DNA from: Eledone cirrhosa
Taxonomy: Eukaryota
Reading direction: 5' to 3'
Length of the DNA: 64,000 nt
Assembly: GCA_964016885.1 (NCBI GenBank)
Contig: OZ024745.1
Location: 35,030,001-35,094,000 of the forward strand
A program made the position numbers and the translations under genes. The notes beneath the pieces were generated by a model. It saw only the letters and a list, made by a program, of their open reading frames with translations. It was not told the origin of the DNA and did no database searches. This document shows, one piece after another, positions 38,601-51,602 of the stretch. Every line of letters starts with the position of its first letter. Position 1 is the stretch's first letter.

Positions 38601-39974
38601 TATTGACAGAAGTGTTACACGATTAAGACTATTTAACATTCGTTGGTTGGAAATACTAAAGAAGCTTTACAATTATTAATCACTCAAGAATTATATATTT
38701 ATATGGTTATGTCGAATGCTTTTATAATTCTGGATGATCGGATGTAAAGTCTTAAGATAATTTTCTCAGGGTTAACTTCTACTTTTAATAAGTCTTCTAC
38801 ATAAGTGAGATTTGTTAAATAACTTAAAACTGTTCAAAAGCGGAAATAATTGATAAGTTACAGAATTATATTCCCATAAAGTGATTGTAGATACATTTCT
38901 TATTTAACAACATAATATAAACGCCATCAGAAGTTCAGCTTCATTGATACGAAGTAGCATAAATTTAAGAATTCACTGAAGTTGCATAGAGATGCAGACG
39001 ATTGAAAATAAATTAAGACCGGCATGAGTATGACAGCGAATAAATGTTAGTAGTTTCTTTGAGAAACAGAATGAAGCATATTTTGACTCGGGTGAAATAT
39101 TTGGCAAAGGTCATCGACACCGAACAGATCAAAATAGTAAATAATGATTGCCTATCAATCGATTTATTCATGGAATAGTTGACTAGCTACTTTATAGTCT
39201 CATAGGCAGTTGGCACTGAAAATAGTAGTTCACAACGGACCAGTGAAGTTAAGCAGTGACTTAATCAATTTAATATTCTAAAGAGTAATCGACGTTGTAA
39301 AACTTCATTTACGAAGTAATCAAATGCTTTAAATATTTAATATTACTCTGGTGTATCCCCCGTCGATTTCGACGAGGAGAATTCAAACAAATATCCAATC
39401 AGCTGAACATCCAACTTGGGAATTAACATGTATGTCGTTAAATATTCCTTTGACACTTATACCATTAATGTAATTCTAGAGCCAAATCAATACGACACAA
39501 TATGTAACAAGGCTGAAAAATTAAATTATAGGTAAATCCCTATGACGAGTTTCCACACAGTTTCCATTTATCCAGTCTCATACACATGGCTTGGGTCAAT
39601 CCATCCGTGAATAAGGTAAAAAAAAACTTGCCAGAGATGCCATGCAGTAGGTTCGAATCCAGGCCACTACAATTACAAAGCAAAGTCATTACCCACATAG
39701 CCCTGTCAGTGTCAAGAGCAATCATAGTACGTATCAAGAAACATGTTTTGTAAGCAATCATCTTGTAACAGGTATTTTCAACCACTGTGCCGCAGAACAC
39801 GCGTGTGTCGCATATGGTTTGCAGATAAATTGTCGAAGGCTGGGATGTTTAGAAAAGTTGAGTGTTTTTAATGCGCCTCATCGGTGCATGTGTATTCGAT
39901 TACCCCAAAGTGCAATGCCTGCGATAATGACTGTTATATATGTAAATTATTATTATTATTTTACATATAATGAG

Positions 39975-40215
39975 GGCGGTAGATTGGCAGTATCGATAGA
40001 GCGTCGGACAGCATGCTTCACGGCATAGAGTTATGACTCTTTACGTTCTGAGTTCAAATCCCACCGAGGTTAGCTTTGCTTTTCATTCTTACGGGGTCGA
40101 TAAAATAAAGTACCAGTAACGCACTGGGTCGATAAAATAAAGTACCAGTAACGCACTGGGGTCTATTTAATCCCCTCCAAAAAATTGTTGACCTTATTTC
40201 TAAATCAGAAACCAA
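39975..40215 (+). mobile_element. tRNA-derived SINE with internal 33-bp duplication
   Basis: Head and B-box present. gggtcgataaaataaagtaccagtaacgcact occurs twice. Confidence 0.8.
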
Positions 40216-42229
40216 CATTTTATACATTCCAAGATGCACACAAGAACAGCAGTTTAGACTGAATGGAATGTCGATTAAATACATGTGACACCCACACATA
40301 CACCACGTATATATGTATATATATTGTATCTCATGCACCGTCAGAATTCTTGTCGTGGTAATGGGTTTATAGTTGTTGATGGTATTGTTATAGTTCTCGC
40401 TGTATTTACCGGTTCTTATTTATCGTCCCATTTAGTGCGGGATTTGAACTCAGAATGTAAAAACACGCAAGTGAAAAATGACAAAGCTGTTTTGTTCGAC
40501 ACAATGCTGATTGAGCAATCCAACCGTTCTAAACATAAAGATCATATTAAAAGAGAAGTTTTGATATAATCATGAATCAGCTTAAACTACATTTAAAGAT
40601 AACTAATCAAAGCAATTCCATTAGGTTAATATTCTGTTTTTACATTTTGAAACATCTAGCTAGACAACTTGGAGATAGTTTTTAGCAAAACTTGAAAGAA
40701 ATCTGCAACCATCTAGAATTGTTAATGGGTCAAGTCAAAAAATGAATATAAAGAATAAATGTTCTGATATGTAGACGATATAAAAACAACTGTCTGCGAA
40801 CTAATGTATTAAGAGTGATAGAGATAATTAGAAAATGAAGTCTAACATTTCTTTGATGTGACAGTTCTACATGTTCTTCAATAATTCGAATTCTCTTTTA
40901 ATCATTGTAAACAGAATGGTAGTACCAACAGTGTTATTCTCCGGTTCGGTTGCGGGTTTTTCACGGTATGGTTAATTAAATAGTCATATTCACGGACATT
41001 GGAAGTGTTTAAAAGCATGGCAAAACCAGCTTAGTCTTCATTGACTGAACGACTTAGTTCCAAGCACGTATTTGCAATTACATAGCATGAGGTCTCATCA
41101 CATGGGGGCAAAGACACATTTGGCACCACCCTTAAATAATAGGTATGAGAAGACAGAAATTTGGCTCTTTTAAATCTTATCTCGATGGTGGTCACCAGCT
41201 GTTGTTAATATCTTCATATCTGTTACAAATAATAGAGTTTGTTGATGTTACCGTATATGTGTATAGAAATCAAACACCATCAACACTCGAACAAAAAAAC
41301 AAAAAAAAAATCAACAAAACATTACAGAATCTCGTCACAATTTTTCTTGTTGGCAGGCGTTAATAAATTAACACTTTAGATATAACAGGCTTAGTGGTAT
41401 TCAGAATTAATGGTTACCGAAGAAGCTGAAAGTTACCAAGAACACACAATGAAAATCATATGTAGAAGTATTCAAGGTGAACTAGATTGTTTAAAGTTAA
41501 CAAATATGTTTAATCTGTACAAAGATGTCCAAGATTAAGAAATAGTGTGTGTCAATGTCTTATCAAGGCTCAAAGATGCTGTGTGGATGCCGTAACAATC
41601 CCCTTTCAGAGATTTTATTGCAATTCTTTTTTAAACTATTGATTTCTGTCTTGCTAACATCATCCACAAAGGTGAAACCATTAAATCTGTATCAGCAATG
41701 AATACGTGTGTAGCGAAAACATAAGCAATCATCAAAGAATATCAAGCTGTTTGCCTTGTATGTGTCAACATTTTACTTTCTGGATGCAAAACCTATCGAG
41801 GTCAACTTTGCCTTTCATACTTCCGTGGTCGATAACATATAGTACAATTAAGTGCTGGGGATCCATATAATTGACTTTCCTGTGTCCATTAATTACAGGC
41901 ATTGTGCCTAAATCAGAAACCATTATTACACGTCCTCTTGGCCACTATAAGTAAGAGGCTGAAAGATCAACTCTCTCTCTTTGACGCTTCACAGCAGTCT
42001 CGTTAACAACACGCCAGAATGCAGAGCAAATCCTCAACTCACCAACAGCCGAAGGAGACTTCAGCCTCCTCACTATGAATGGTAAAAGCCAAGGTTGATT
42101 TTGCCTTTCATCCTTACGAGATCGATAAAATAAAGTACCAATAATGCACTGGATAATTGCTGGCCTTGTGCCAAAAGTAGAAACAATTATTACACTCGTC
42201 TCTGACATGGGTGTAATATTCAACTTTTT

Positions 42230-42445
42230 GGGTGGTGGATGGGCTGAATCGTTAGAGTACTGGACAGAGTTTTCTGACATTCAGTTACAGCCCTTTACGT
42301 TCTAAGTTCAAATCCTGTCAACGTTAGCTTTGTCTTTCATCTTTACGGGGTGGATAAAATAAAGTATCAGTAATGCACCGGGGTCGATATAATCGACTTT
42401 TCTCTTCCCCAAAATTGTTGGCCTTGTACCGAAATCAGAAACTAT
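42230..42445 (+). mobile_element. tRNA-derived SINE
   Basis: Same family as 483-640. An opposite-strand partial copy is at 42090-42190. Confidence 0.75.
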
Positions 42446-43135
42446 TATTATTATTAGTATGTACATACTAATGCTAAATACATTAACAAAGGCAATCGCA
42501 CACATTTTAGATACAGCATTCGCTAGCGTGTCTTCTGCAGTGTAAAACAAAGCCATCGCTCCGAATTATTTCAAAGTTATTATCAAGTATTTACGAATGT
42601 TTAGTTTAAAACCGTATCAAGTATTTACGAATGTTTGGTTTAAAACCGTAATTACCTCCAGAAGAATCATTTTACTTTATTTATTCAGAGTTCATGCAAA
42701 TCACCTTCATTCATACAAATCTAAATCTAGAAATACAAAGATAGTTCTTTATACATGGTTTACTGGAATAAAGGATAATCGATTGAGATTTACATTACAG
42801 AATTTCACGTTGGGTATGGCACACGTTTTGATATTTATTAAACAATGTGAAGCTGGCTGTCAATTGGTACACCAGAATTCGTTGCTGATGATATAAATTC
42901 AATAATTGTTTCTTCATGATTATAATAAACAATTCGAAACAAAAATAAATCACTATCTCAGAATCGTATTCAATGAAATCTGTAGAAGAGATATGAGGTT
43001 TTATTTTTAAATATTTGTCTTCAAACAAGGCATTCCTTGTTGCATATATGACAGGAGCAATTGTTGCAATTTATATGAAGCCCAGATAATGTTTGATTAT
43101 CAATAAAGGTTTAAGGTTAATGCAACTGCATTTTA

Positions 43136-43180
<45 letters not shown>

Positions 43181-43499
43181 GAAACACACAGATACATGCG
43201 GACACACACATATATACATGAATGCATCCGCACCCAACTGTGAGTTAAGGGTGCCAACTTCACCGATGTTGCTCAATGAATGACTGGGACAGACTAATTC
43301 AGTTTGAACCAGACTGAACCAGTATCAGAGTTAAAAATACATTATGAAGAGAGAATACCTCCGTGGTATTTTCTTCGTGGTTATAGGAGGCTTAGCTCTG
43401 TTTCTCGACCGTTATATCGCGTGACTGTCTCCCCCTCCGCCTTTTGGGATTCTTTCTCACGTCGTGTAGACGCGTTCTTGAGACTAGTAAAATGAGGTA

Positions 43500-43587
43500 T
43501 CCTCTTGATAAGTCGGCAGACCTCGCAGGGACTCTATATCTTTGATATATTGTTTTTGTTTATGCCACGAAACTACGTAGTCGAGGA
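43500..43587 (+). ncRNA. Type I hammerhead, U3:A8 core
   Basis: tcctc-TTGATAA-gtcggca...tgccac-GAAAC-tacgta-GTC-gagga. Confidence 0.8.
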
Positions 43588-44090
43588 ATTTAGGAACAGT
43601 TTAGGTATGATACATTTTATTACTAATTATATCTAAATGTTTCTTCTCTCTTCATAATGTATTTTTAACTCTGATACTGGTTCAGTCTGGTTCAAACTGA
43701 ATTAGTCTGTCCCAGTCATTCATTGAGCAACATCGGTGAAGTTGGCACCCTTAACTCACAGTTGGGTGCGGATGCATTCATGTATATATGTGTGTGTCCG
43801 CATGTATCTGTGTGTTTCTAAATATATTAATAACTCCCTCTGGTCGAGCAATCTTTGAAGTGTGGGGACAACTGGAAAGCTTCCATTACTCATACTTCTC
43901 GCCTTCTTCACTACCTCTTCTACGGCCTCGATATGAATACCCCCTCCGCCTCCGTGGTATTTTCTTCGTGGTTATAGGAGGCTTAGCTCTGTTTCTCGAC
44001 CGTTATATCGCGTGACTGTCTCCCCCTCCGCCTTTTGGGATTCTTTCTCACGTCGTGTAGACGCGTTCTTGAGACTAGTAAAATGAGGTA

Positions 44091-44178
44091 TCCTCTTGAT
44101 AAGTCGGCAGACCTCGCAGGGACTCTATATCTTTGATATATTGTTTTTGTTTATGCCACGAAACTACGTAGTCGAGGA
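44091..44178 (+). ncRNA. Type I hammerhead, U3:A8 core (second tandem copy)
   Basis: Same sequence as 43500-43587. Confidence 0.8.
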
Positions 44179-44247
44179 ATTTAGGAACAGTTTAGGTATG
44201 ATACATTTTATTACTAATTATATCTAAATGTTTCTTCTCTCTTCATA

Positions 44248-44301
<54 letters not shown>

Positions 44302-44391
44302 ATGTAAACGGTAAACAGAAATAAAAATACAATCGGTACAGTATATGGAAGGTATATATTAGGTTAACGCTTAGATATAGCAGGAAGAGGG

Positions 44392-44427
44392 TCTTAACAT
44401 TTCGGACGGTAGTCCTTCATCAGAAGA
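44392..44427 (-). ncRNA. Minimal Penelope-type hammerhead (possibly degenerate)
   Basis: Minus strand: tctt-CTGATGA-a-ggac tacc gtcc-GAAAT-GTT-aaga. Confidence 0.55.
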
Positions 44428-44522
44428 AAGAATGAGAAATAAAATAGATTAAGGCGACGGGTGCGATAGAATTGGAAAAAATGTCTTTAGATAAAAAAAC
44501 AGGTCCATTCATATTGACATCT

Positions 44523-44609
<87 letters not shown>

Positions 44610-44615
<6 letters not shown>

Positions 44616-45604
44616 GATGTAGAAAGGTAACACACGAGTTAATATATATAAAAAAACAAATAGTTGAAAGGAGAAAGATGTTTTTGTAGACAATGTTGAA
44701 GAGATATTTTTGGTGAAATTTCAAAATTTTAATTTATTTTTGGCAGTATCGGTAGAGGGTCGGACGCCATGCTTTGACGCATAGAGTTACGCCCTTGCCA
44801 TTCTGAGTTCAAATCCCGCGCAGGTTAACTTTGCCTTTCATCCTTATGGGGTCGATAAAATAAAGTACCAGTAATGCACTGGGTAATTGCTGGTCTTGTG
44901 CCAAAAAGTAGAAACAATTAATTTATTTACAATACCCGTTTCAGCATTAAATGCATTTTCAATTGTGGATATGCAGAATATTGTTAAGTTGCATCCACTA
45001 TTCAAACCTTGTATCCACTATTCAAAGGGTCCCACATAGCAGTCTGCAGCGACAACAACCACCCCTACCTCCTCCCCCTCCTTCTTCTCCTCTCCCACCT
45101 GCTTCTTCCCTCTCCAGTCACAACAAAGCCATTAACAGAGAGGGATGTACTGACAAAATGACTTTCTTCTCTGAAGGACTACGTATGTGAAAATTAACTT
45201 TTCTTTCCCTCTCTATATATATTGTTTTCTCTTTTTTTGAGATTATCATTATTTTTCATTATTTGTACAAATATGCAACTTAACAATATTCTGCATATCC
45301 ACAATTGAAAATGCATTTAATGCTGAAACCGGTATTGTAAATAAATTAATTGTTTCTACTTTTGGCACAAGGCCAGCAATTACCCAGTGCATTACTGGTA
45401 CTTTATTTTTTCGACCTCGTAAGGATGAAAGGCAAAGTTAACCTCGGCTGGATTTGAATTCAGATCATAAAGAGCCGTAACACTTTGCTGCAAAGCATGA
45501 CGTCCGACCCTCTACCGATACTGCCAATTCAGTTTTGAAATTTCCCCCAAAATATCTCTTCCACATTGTCTACAGAAAAAAATCTTTCTCCTTTCTACTA
45601 TTTG

Positions 45605-45610
<6 letters not shown>
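44610..45610. repeat. Diverged inverted repeat with a SINE in each arm
   Basis: About 44660-44995 mirrors about 45272-45610, including SINEs at 44740-44920 (+) and 45350-45527 (-). Confidence 0.85.
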
Positions 45611-45688
<78 letters not shown>

Positions 45689-45692
45689 CTCA

Positions 45693-45723
<31 letters not shown>

Positions 45724-45759
45724 AATATATTCATATATATATATATATATATATTTATA

Positions 45760-46577
<818 letters not shown>

Positions 46578-46648
46578 TATATATATATATATGTACGTGG
46601 GAAAGTAAAAAATCGGAGAATAGACCGTTAAAACATGTTTATTTAAAA

Positions 46649-46692
46649 TATCACCTACGTACGTTTCGCCCAGTTGGGCTTCTCAAGAGCAT
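46649..46692 (-). ncRNA. Hammerhead in the inverted pLTR fragment
   Basis: Minus strand: atgctc-TTGAGAA-gccc aact gggc-GAAAC-gtac-GTA-ggtgat. Confidence 0.65.
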
Positions 46693-46715
46693 AAATAATC
46701 ACAAGTGTTCCATAT

Positions 46716-47286
46716 ATGGGTTAAGGATGAAGAGTGAAATAGTACACTGGATCTCCCTGCAACAAGTCTTAACACCCCGGCGGGCAGGCGCTGCAAAATA
46801 ACACCCAGAAAACAATCCTTGCATACCAGACCCAGCCTCAGACGCGGCAAAAAAAAAAAAAAAAAAAAAATTATCCGGGAAAGACTGCCCTAACACCGGC
46901 CAGAGTTACCTCCCTTGACCTGCTGCAAAATCAAAACAAGATATTTTTGCGAGCAATGAATCTTGATGTAGATTTAACCCCCAAAACTATTTCCGAACTA
47001 TATATGGAACACTTGTGATTATTTATGCCCTTGAGAAGCCCAACTGGGCGAAACGTACGTAGGTCATATTTTAAATAAACATGTTTTAACGGTCTATTCT
47101 CCGATTTTTTACTTTCCCACGTGCTTACGCTCTGCTCACTCTCTAGCCCACTAAATATTAACACTTCGAATATCTAATACTGCCGGCACTAGTATCGAGC
47201 ACCTTTGGCATACGCTACTTGGCAAATAACTATATGTATCACCTATCCCCCCTTTTTTTCTCTTTCTCGATACGTAAATACTATAT
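46716..47286 (+). repeat. 5' pseudo-LTR
   Basis: Near-identical to 50040-50617. It begins with the last ORF codons (WVKDEE*). Confidence 0.9.
47025..47067 (+). ncRNA. Minimal type I hammerhead, U3:A8 core
   Basis: atgccc-TTGAGAA-gccc aact gggc-GAAAC-gtac-GTA-ggtcat, with palindromic stem III ACGTACGT. Confidence 0.75.
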
Positions 47287-47328
47287 TACCGTGCTCCTTT
47301 TGTAGAGCATCTCACCTTATTTGCCATT

Positions 47329-50061
47329 ATGTTGGAGAACCAGCCGTTACCCATGTCTCTCAAGTGTATCCCCTTACCCAGCAGAAAAACCTACCTTAAA
47401 CTGCTTATAGACGCTACTAATTCGTTTATACGGAGAGTCAGATGGAAGGCCTACCACCTGGATAAGAGCACCCGTAACCTTCCTGAACCCAAAGAGAAGT
47501 ATGGCTTCAAAACATACCGAAACCCACCGCACAACACCTTACTGGACTTCTTTGAAGAGGACCTGCTGAAAATGATCAAAAACGTTAAGCTCAGAAAGAA
47601 ACACCAATGCAGCAATCCTTTCTTAACGTCCCTTGATACACTAATAACTAAGATCAAGAATGACCCGCACCTCTTCGTCACCTCCGACAAAACCAAAAAG
47701 CTGTACAAGATGGACGCGAGTGAGTATAAAAAATTCATCTATAAGGAACTACACAAAGACTACAAAAAGACACCCTCTAGTACCCTAAATGACATAAATA
47801 GAGTAGGGAAGGATATAGTCACCAGCTTAGAAATAGAAAAGTACACTAACCCGTACGTCCCTCTGACGCCTAAATTCTCTCTTAAGGATCACAAATATGA
47901 CTTTAATGAAAGCCCCTCTATTAGACTAATATGCCCCTCTACATCAGATATAGGTAAGATCAGTAAAGTGATCCTCGACAGAGTACTACTCGAGCTTAAT
48001 AGAAAGGCTAAGGTCTGCCTCTGGGGCAACACTGACCAGGTCATAAAGTGGTTCACCGGGTTGCCGGATAAAGCCACCCTGAAATTCATCCAGTTTGATA
48101 TAGATAGCTACCACGCCTCTATCTCCCCCATACTCTTAAATAAGGCACTTATCTTAGCTAGATCTAACACTAGCCTCACTAAAAAAGAAATAGACATAAT
48201 TCTAGCGGCACGTAGAACCATTATCCAGTTCGAAGGCTCCCACTGGACCAGAACCAACCGTCCTGATAACTTCGATGTCACGATGGGGTCCAGTGACTCA
48301 GCGCAAGCAACTGACCTAGTGGGGATATACCTCCTACATAAGCTTAGGGAAGAAATACCGGCCCTACAAGGAGGTGTATATAGGGACGACGCCCTGTTTA
48401 CCGTTAGGAACCATAGCCCCCGTAGGATAGAGAACCTTAACAAACATATACACAGGTTCTTTAAGTCATACGGCCTATCCGTAACTATGGACCTCAACCA
48501 CAGGGTTGTCAACTTCCTGGACGTGACCCTGGAGTTGAGTACGGGCTTATACAAGCCATACCATAAGCCTAGAGAGTGCCTCTCTTATATTAATTATGCC
48601 TCCAACCACCCTAAGCAGACTCTCAACTCCATAGTCTATAGTATCTCACATAGAATCTCGAGGCTATCCGCCAATGAGGATATCTTCAACCAAGCGGCTG
48701 ATTACTACAATAGGGCCCTGATAAGCGCCGGCTTTAACCGAGGAATTTCCTACATCCCTAACGCTAGCTCTAGAAACCACCCCCCTCATAAAACTAACGT
48801 TATAGTAAGCCATACCTATAACCGATCTCGCGGCGACCTCGTTGAAGTCGGATATAATAGAATAGATAACCGCACCAAAGATCACGTCCCCGGCGACGGT
48901 GAACACTGTAGATTACTCAAACTATTCCCCTATTACAAAACCAACAAAGGCGACGGCCTACTACCAACGCCTTCCAACCAACATCTTCGTGTACATAAAC
49001 ATGGAAGAGGTAGAAAGAGTGCACCCGAGCATAAAGTGAAAGAGGCACCGAACGGGCGACTGCGCATTAACACACATAAGAGCGGTCACTTAGATGGAAC
49101 CACCCGTAGCAAAAGTGCAAGGACACGTAATCGCCACCGTAACGTCCTATGGTTCCACCCCCCCTACTCTCGGAGTGTGGCCTCCAACATACCCCGGATA
49201 TTCTTCGAAGCCTTAGAAAAGAACTTCCCGCCCAACCATAGGTATAGAAAAATTCTTAATAGGAACAATATAAAAATATCCTTCTCTACTACTCCTAACC
49301 TAGCAGACATCATAGGAACAACGAACCACAGTAAGATCACCAAGACACAGCACCTCGACACAGACGCACCTACACCTGACAATAACTATATCGGTCTTAA
49401 CAACTCCCTGGCAGCATCCAATAGTGTTGGCAACGGCATCCGCAGACGCAACCAGAATGACCGCGAAGTGACTGGGGAACATGGAGAACATGACGTACGG
49501 AATAACAATCGCACCATCCCGCGTGCTGTGGGTTGTAATTGTGCTAACGACAGCTGCGGTAGCGTAGGTAACAACGTAGGCAGCAACAATGATAGCCTTA
49601 CCGTGGGAAATAGACGGAACCGCGACAGAAATTGCAACTGCCGCGACAGAGGACGCTGCCCCCTTAGAGGATACTACTTGACTGATAGGGTTATATATAG
49701 ATGCACTATTACTAGCCACAATAGCGTTAAACATTATATAGGGGCCACCTCCGGCCCGTTCAAAATTAGGTTTCGAACACATCTCCACTCTTTCACAAAT
49801 AGAAAACTAAGGCACTCCACTTCGCTCGCAGACTACATCACATCACTAAAGGACTTAAACATCAGCTTCTCCACGCACTGGGAGATTGTCGGCAGGGCTG
49901 CACCGTACAACTTCAAGAGGAAATGCGATCTTTGCCTCATGGAGCTCTACCACATCATAACTGCACCCCACGAGCTCATCAACAGCAGAGCTGAAACAGC
50001 GATAAGTTGTACACATCGCTTAAAAATATCCTTCTTTAGATGGGTTAAGGATGAAGAGTGA
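47329..50061 (+). CDS. PLE (Naiad-type) reverse transcriptase + GIY-YIG endonuclease, 910 aa
   Basis: N-terminal SLKCIPLPS..FIRRVRWKA. RT motifs SDKTKKLY, IRLICP, QFDIDSY, FDVTMGS, GVYRDDAL, VNFLDVTL, SNHP, WFHPPYS. Endonuclease CNC..CPL..VIYRC..HYIGAT..FKIRF..CDLCLME..LINSRAE..CTH. Confidence 0.93.
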   Translation: MLENQPLPMSLKCIPLPSRKTYLKLLIDATNSFIRRVRWKAYHLDKSTRNLPEPKEKYGFKTYRNPPHNTLLDFFEEDLLKMIKNVKLRKKHQCSNPFLTSLDTLITKIKNDPHLFVTSDKTKKLYKMDASEYKKFIYKELHKDYKKTPSSTLNDINRVGKDIVTSLEIEKYTNPYVPLTPKFSLKDHKYDFNESPSIRLICPSTSDIGKISKVILDRVLLELNRKAKVCLWGNTDQVIKWFTGLPDKATLKFIQFDIDSYHASISPILLNKALILARSNTSLTKKEIDIILAARRTIIQFEGSHWTRTNRPDNFDVTMGSSDSAQATDLVGIYLLHKLREEIPALQGGVYRDDALFTVRNHSPRRIENLNKHIHRFFKSYGLSVTMDLNHRVVNFLDVTLELSTGLYKPYHKPRECLSYINYASNHPKQTLNSIVYSISHRISRLSANEDIFNQAADYYNRALISAGFNRGISYIPNASSRNHPPHKTNVIVSHTYNRSRGDLVEVGYNRIDNRTKDHVPGDGEHCRLLKLFPYYKTNKGDGLLPTPSNQHLRVHKHGRGRKSAPEHKVKEAPNGRLRINTHKSGHLDGTTRSKSARTRNRHRNVLWFHPPYSRSVASNIPRIFFEALEKNFPPNHRYRKILNRNNIKISFSTTPNLADIIGTTNHSKITKTQHLDTDAPTPDNNYIGLNNSLAASNSVGNGIRRRNQNDREVTGEHGEHDVRNNNRTIPRAVGCNCANDSCGSVGNNVGSNNDSLTVGNRRNRDRNCNCRDRGRCPLRGYYLTDRVIYRCTITSHNSVKHYIGATSGPFKIRFRTHLHSFTNRKLRHSTSLADYITSLKDLNISFSTHWEIVGRAAPYNFKRKCDLCLMELYHIITAPHELINSRAETAISCTHRLKISFFRWVKDEE

Positions 50062-50617
50062 AATAGTACACTGGATCTCCCTGCAACAAGTCTTAACACC
50101 CCGGCGGGCAGGCGCTGCAAAATAACACCCAGAAAACAATCCTTGTATACCAGACCCAGCCTCAGACAAACGGATGCGGCAAAAAAAAAAAAAAAAAAAA
50201 ATTATTCGGGAAAGACTGCCCTAACACCGGCCAGAGTTACCTCCCTTGACCTGCTGCAAAATCAAAACAAGATATTTTTGCGAGCAATGAATCTTGATGT
50301 AGATTTAACCCCCAAAACTCTTTCCGAACTATATATGGAACACTTGTGATTATTTATGCCCTTGAGAAGCCCAAATGGGCGAAACGTACGTAGGTGATAT
50401 TTTAAATAAACATGTTTTAACGGTCTATTCTCCGATTTTTTACTTTCCCACGTGCTTACGCTCTGCTCACTCTCTAGCCCACTAACTATTAACACTTCGA
50501 ATATTTAATACTGCCGGCACTAGTATCGAGCACCTTTGGCATCCGCTACTTGGCAAATAACTATATGTATCACCTATCCCCCCCTTTTTTCTCTTTCTCG
50601 ATACGTAAATACTATAT
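50040..50617 (+). repeat. 3' pseudo-LTR
   Basis: Direct repeat of 46716-47286. Confidence 0.9.
50356..50398 (+). ncRNA. Minimal type I hammerhead, U3:A8 core (3' pLTR)
   Basis: atgccc-TTGAGAA-gccc aaat gggc-GAAAC-gtac-GTA-ggtgat. Confidence 0.75.
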
Positions 50618-50644
50618 ACATACATATATATATACATATATATA

Positions 50645-50958
50645 TAATAAAAGAGCGCAAGCCATATTCATTTTGTTCGGGTTTATTTAAAACTCCATTA
50701 TACATATTTCACTGCAGTCTATAAATTATGATAGCGTGAGCTCTTCAGACGGCAAAACCTAAAATACACATAGAAAGTTCCTAGGGAATCTTTAAATTTG
50801 GAAAAAGCTAATAATTTTCCCTAAAAAAGTTTTTCTTTTTATGATATAGGGAGCCGGCCGAACGCGTAGTGTTGTTTCTTCGACGGCCGGTGAAATATGT
50901 ATAACGGAGTTTTAAATAATCCTGAACGAACAGAATATGGCCTCCGATTTTTTATTAA
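50645..50958. mobile_element. MITE with about 65-bp imperfect TIRs
   Basis: gccatattc..ttatttaaaactccattatacatatttcac mirrors gtgaaatatgtataacggagttttaaataa..gaatatggc. TA flanks. Confidence 0.7.
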
Positions 50959-51073
50959 TATATAATGCTCCGTTTTGTACCATTTATATAGGTCGTTGAG
51001 CGCTTCTTTTAATCTGTTTCAAAACAGATAGACCATGGTGTGATCCGCAATTCCCTGTTCTGTTAACCCTTTG

Positions 51074-51118
<45 letters not shown>

Positions 51119-51123
<5 letters not shown>

Positions 51124-51370
51124 GTAATCTGAGTTTTTCGAATATTAATAATAACATTCGATTCGTTTGCAATTTTGCAAACAAGCCTCAATTTTATAGC
51201 CATGTCAGTAGAATGAACACTTCATTCTTGCTCTTGTGTTGGCATGCGAACACAAGAGCAAGAATGAAGTGTTCATTCTACTGACATGGCTATAAAATTG
51301 AGGCTTGTTTGCATAATTGCAAACGAATTGAATGTTATTATTAATATTCGAAAAACTCAGATTACATTTA
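51119..51370. repeat. Near-perfect 252-bp palindrome
   Basis: Arms 51119-51240 and 51249-51370 around ggcatgcg, with two mismatches seen. Lies between (TA)n tracts. Confidence 0.9.
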
Positions 51371-51398
51371 TTGTATTCAGCCATTTAGAGCGAAATTT

Positions 51399-51447
<49 letters not shown>

Positions 51448-51602
51448 CATATGAATACCTTTTAACTGTGGTAACCTCCCGATAACCATCAATAATTCAC
51501 ATATTACATCTACGCACACACGCGCACACACACACGCGCGCACACACACATATATATATACATACATACATGTACCCCCACACACACATGTATCTACCTA
51601 CA

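Larger units (their letters stand above)
43174..44251 (+). mobile_element. ORF-less 591-bp unit, 1.5 tandem copies preceded by an inverted fragment (PLE pLTR / retrozyme-like)
   Basis: Unit starts at 43358 and 43949. 43174-43355 is the reverse complement of 43644-43825. (TA)n on both sides. Confidence 0.85.
46594..50617 (+). mobile_element. Full-length Naiad-type Penelope-like retroelement
   Basis: Inverted pLTR piece 46594-46716, 5' pLTR 46716-47286, ORF, 3' pLTR 50040-50617. Inserted in (TA)n. Confidence 0.92.

Noticed and set aside
47451-49788. Antisense ORFs within the Naiad ORF
   Set aside because: They are shadow frames with no motifs.
47329-50061. Selenocysteine recoding, reported for some Naiads
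   Set aside because: There is no internal TGA in this ORF, the stop in the palindromic Naiad is TAA, and no SECIS was recognised.
46716-50617. LTR retrotransposon
   Set aside because: No gag, protease or integrase and no TG..CA ends. The repeats overlap the ORF end, as PLE pseudo-LTRs do.
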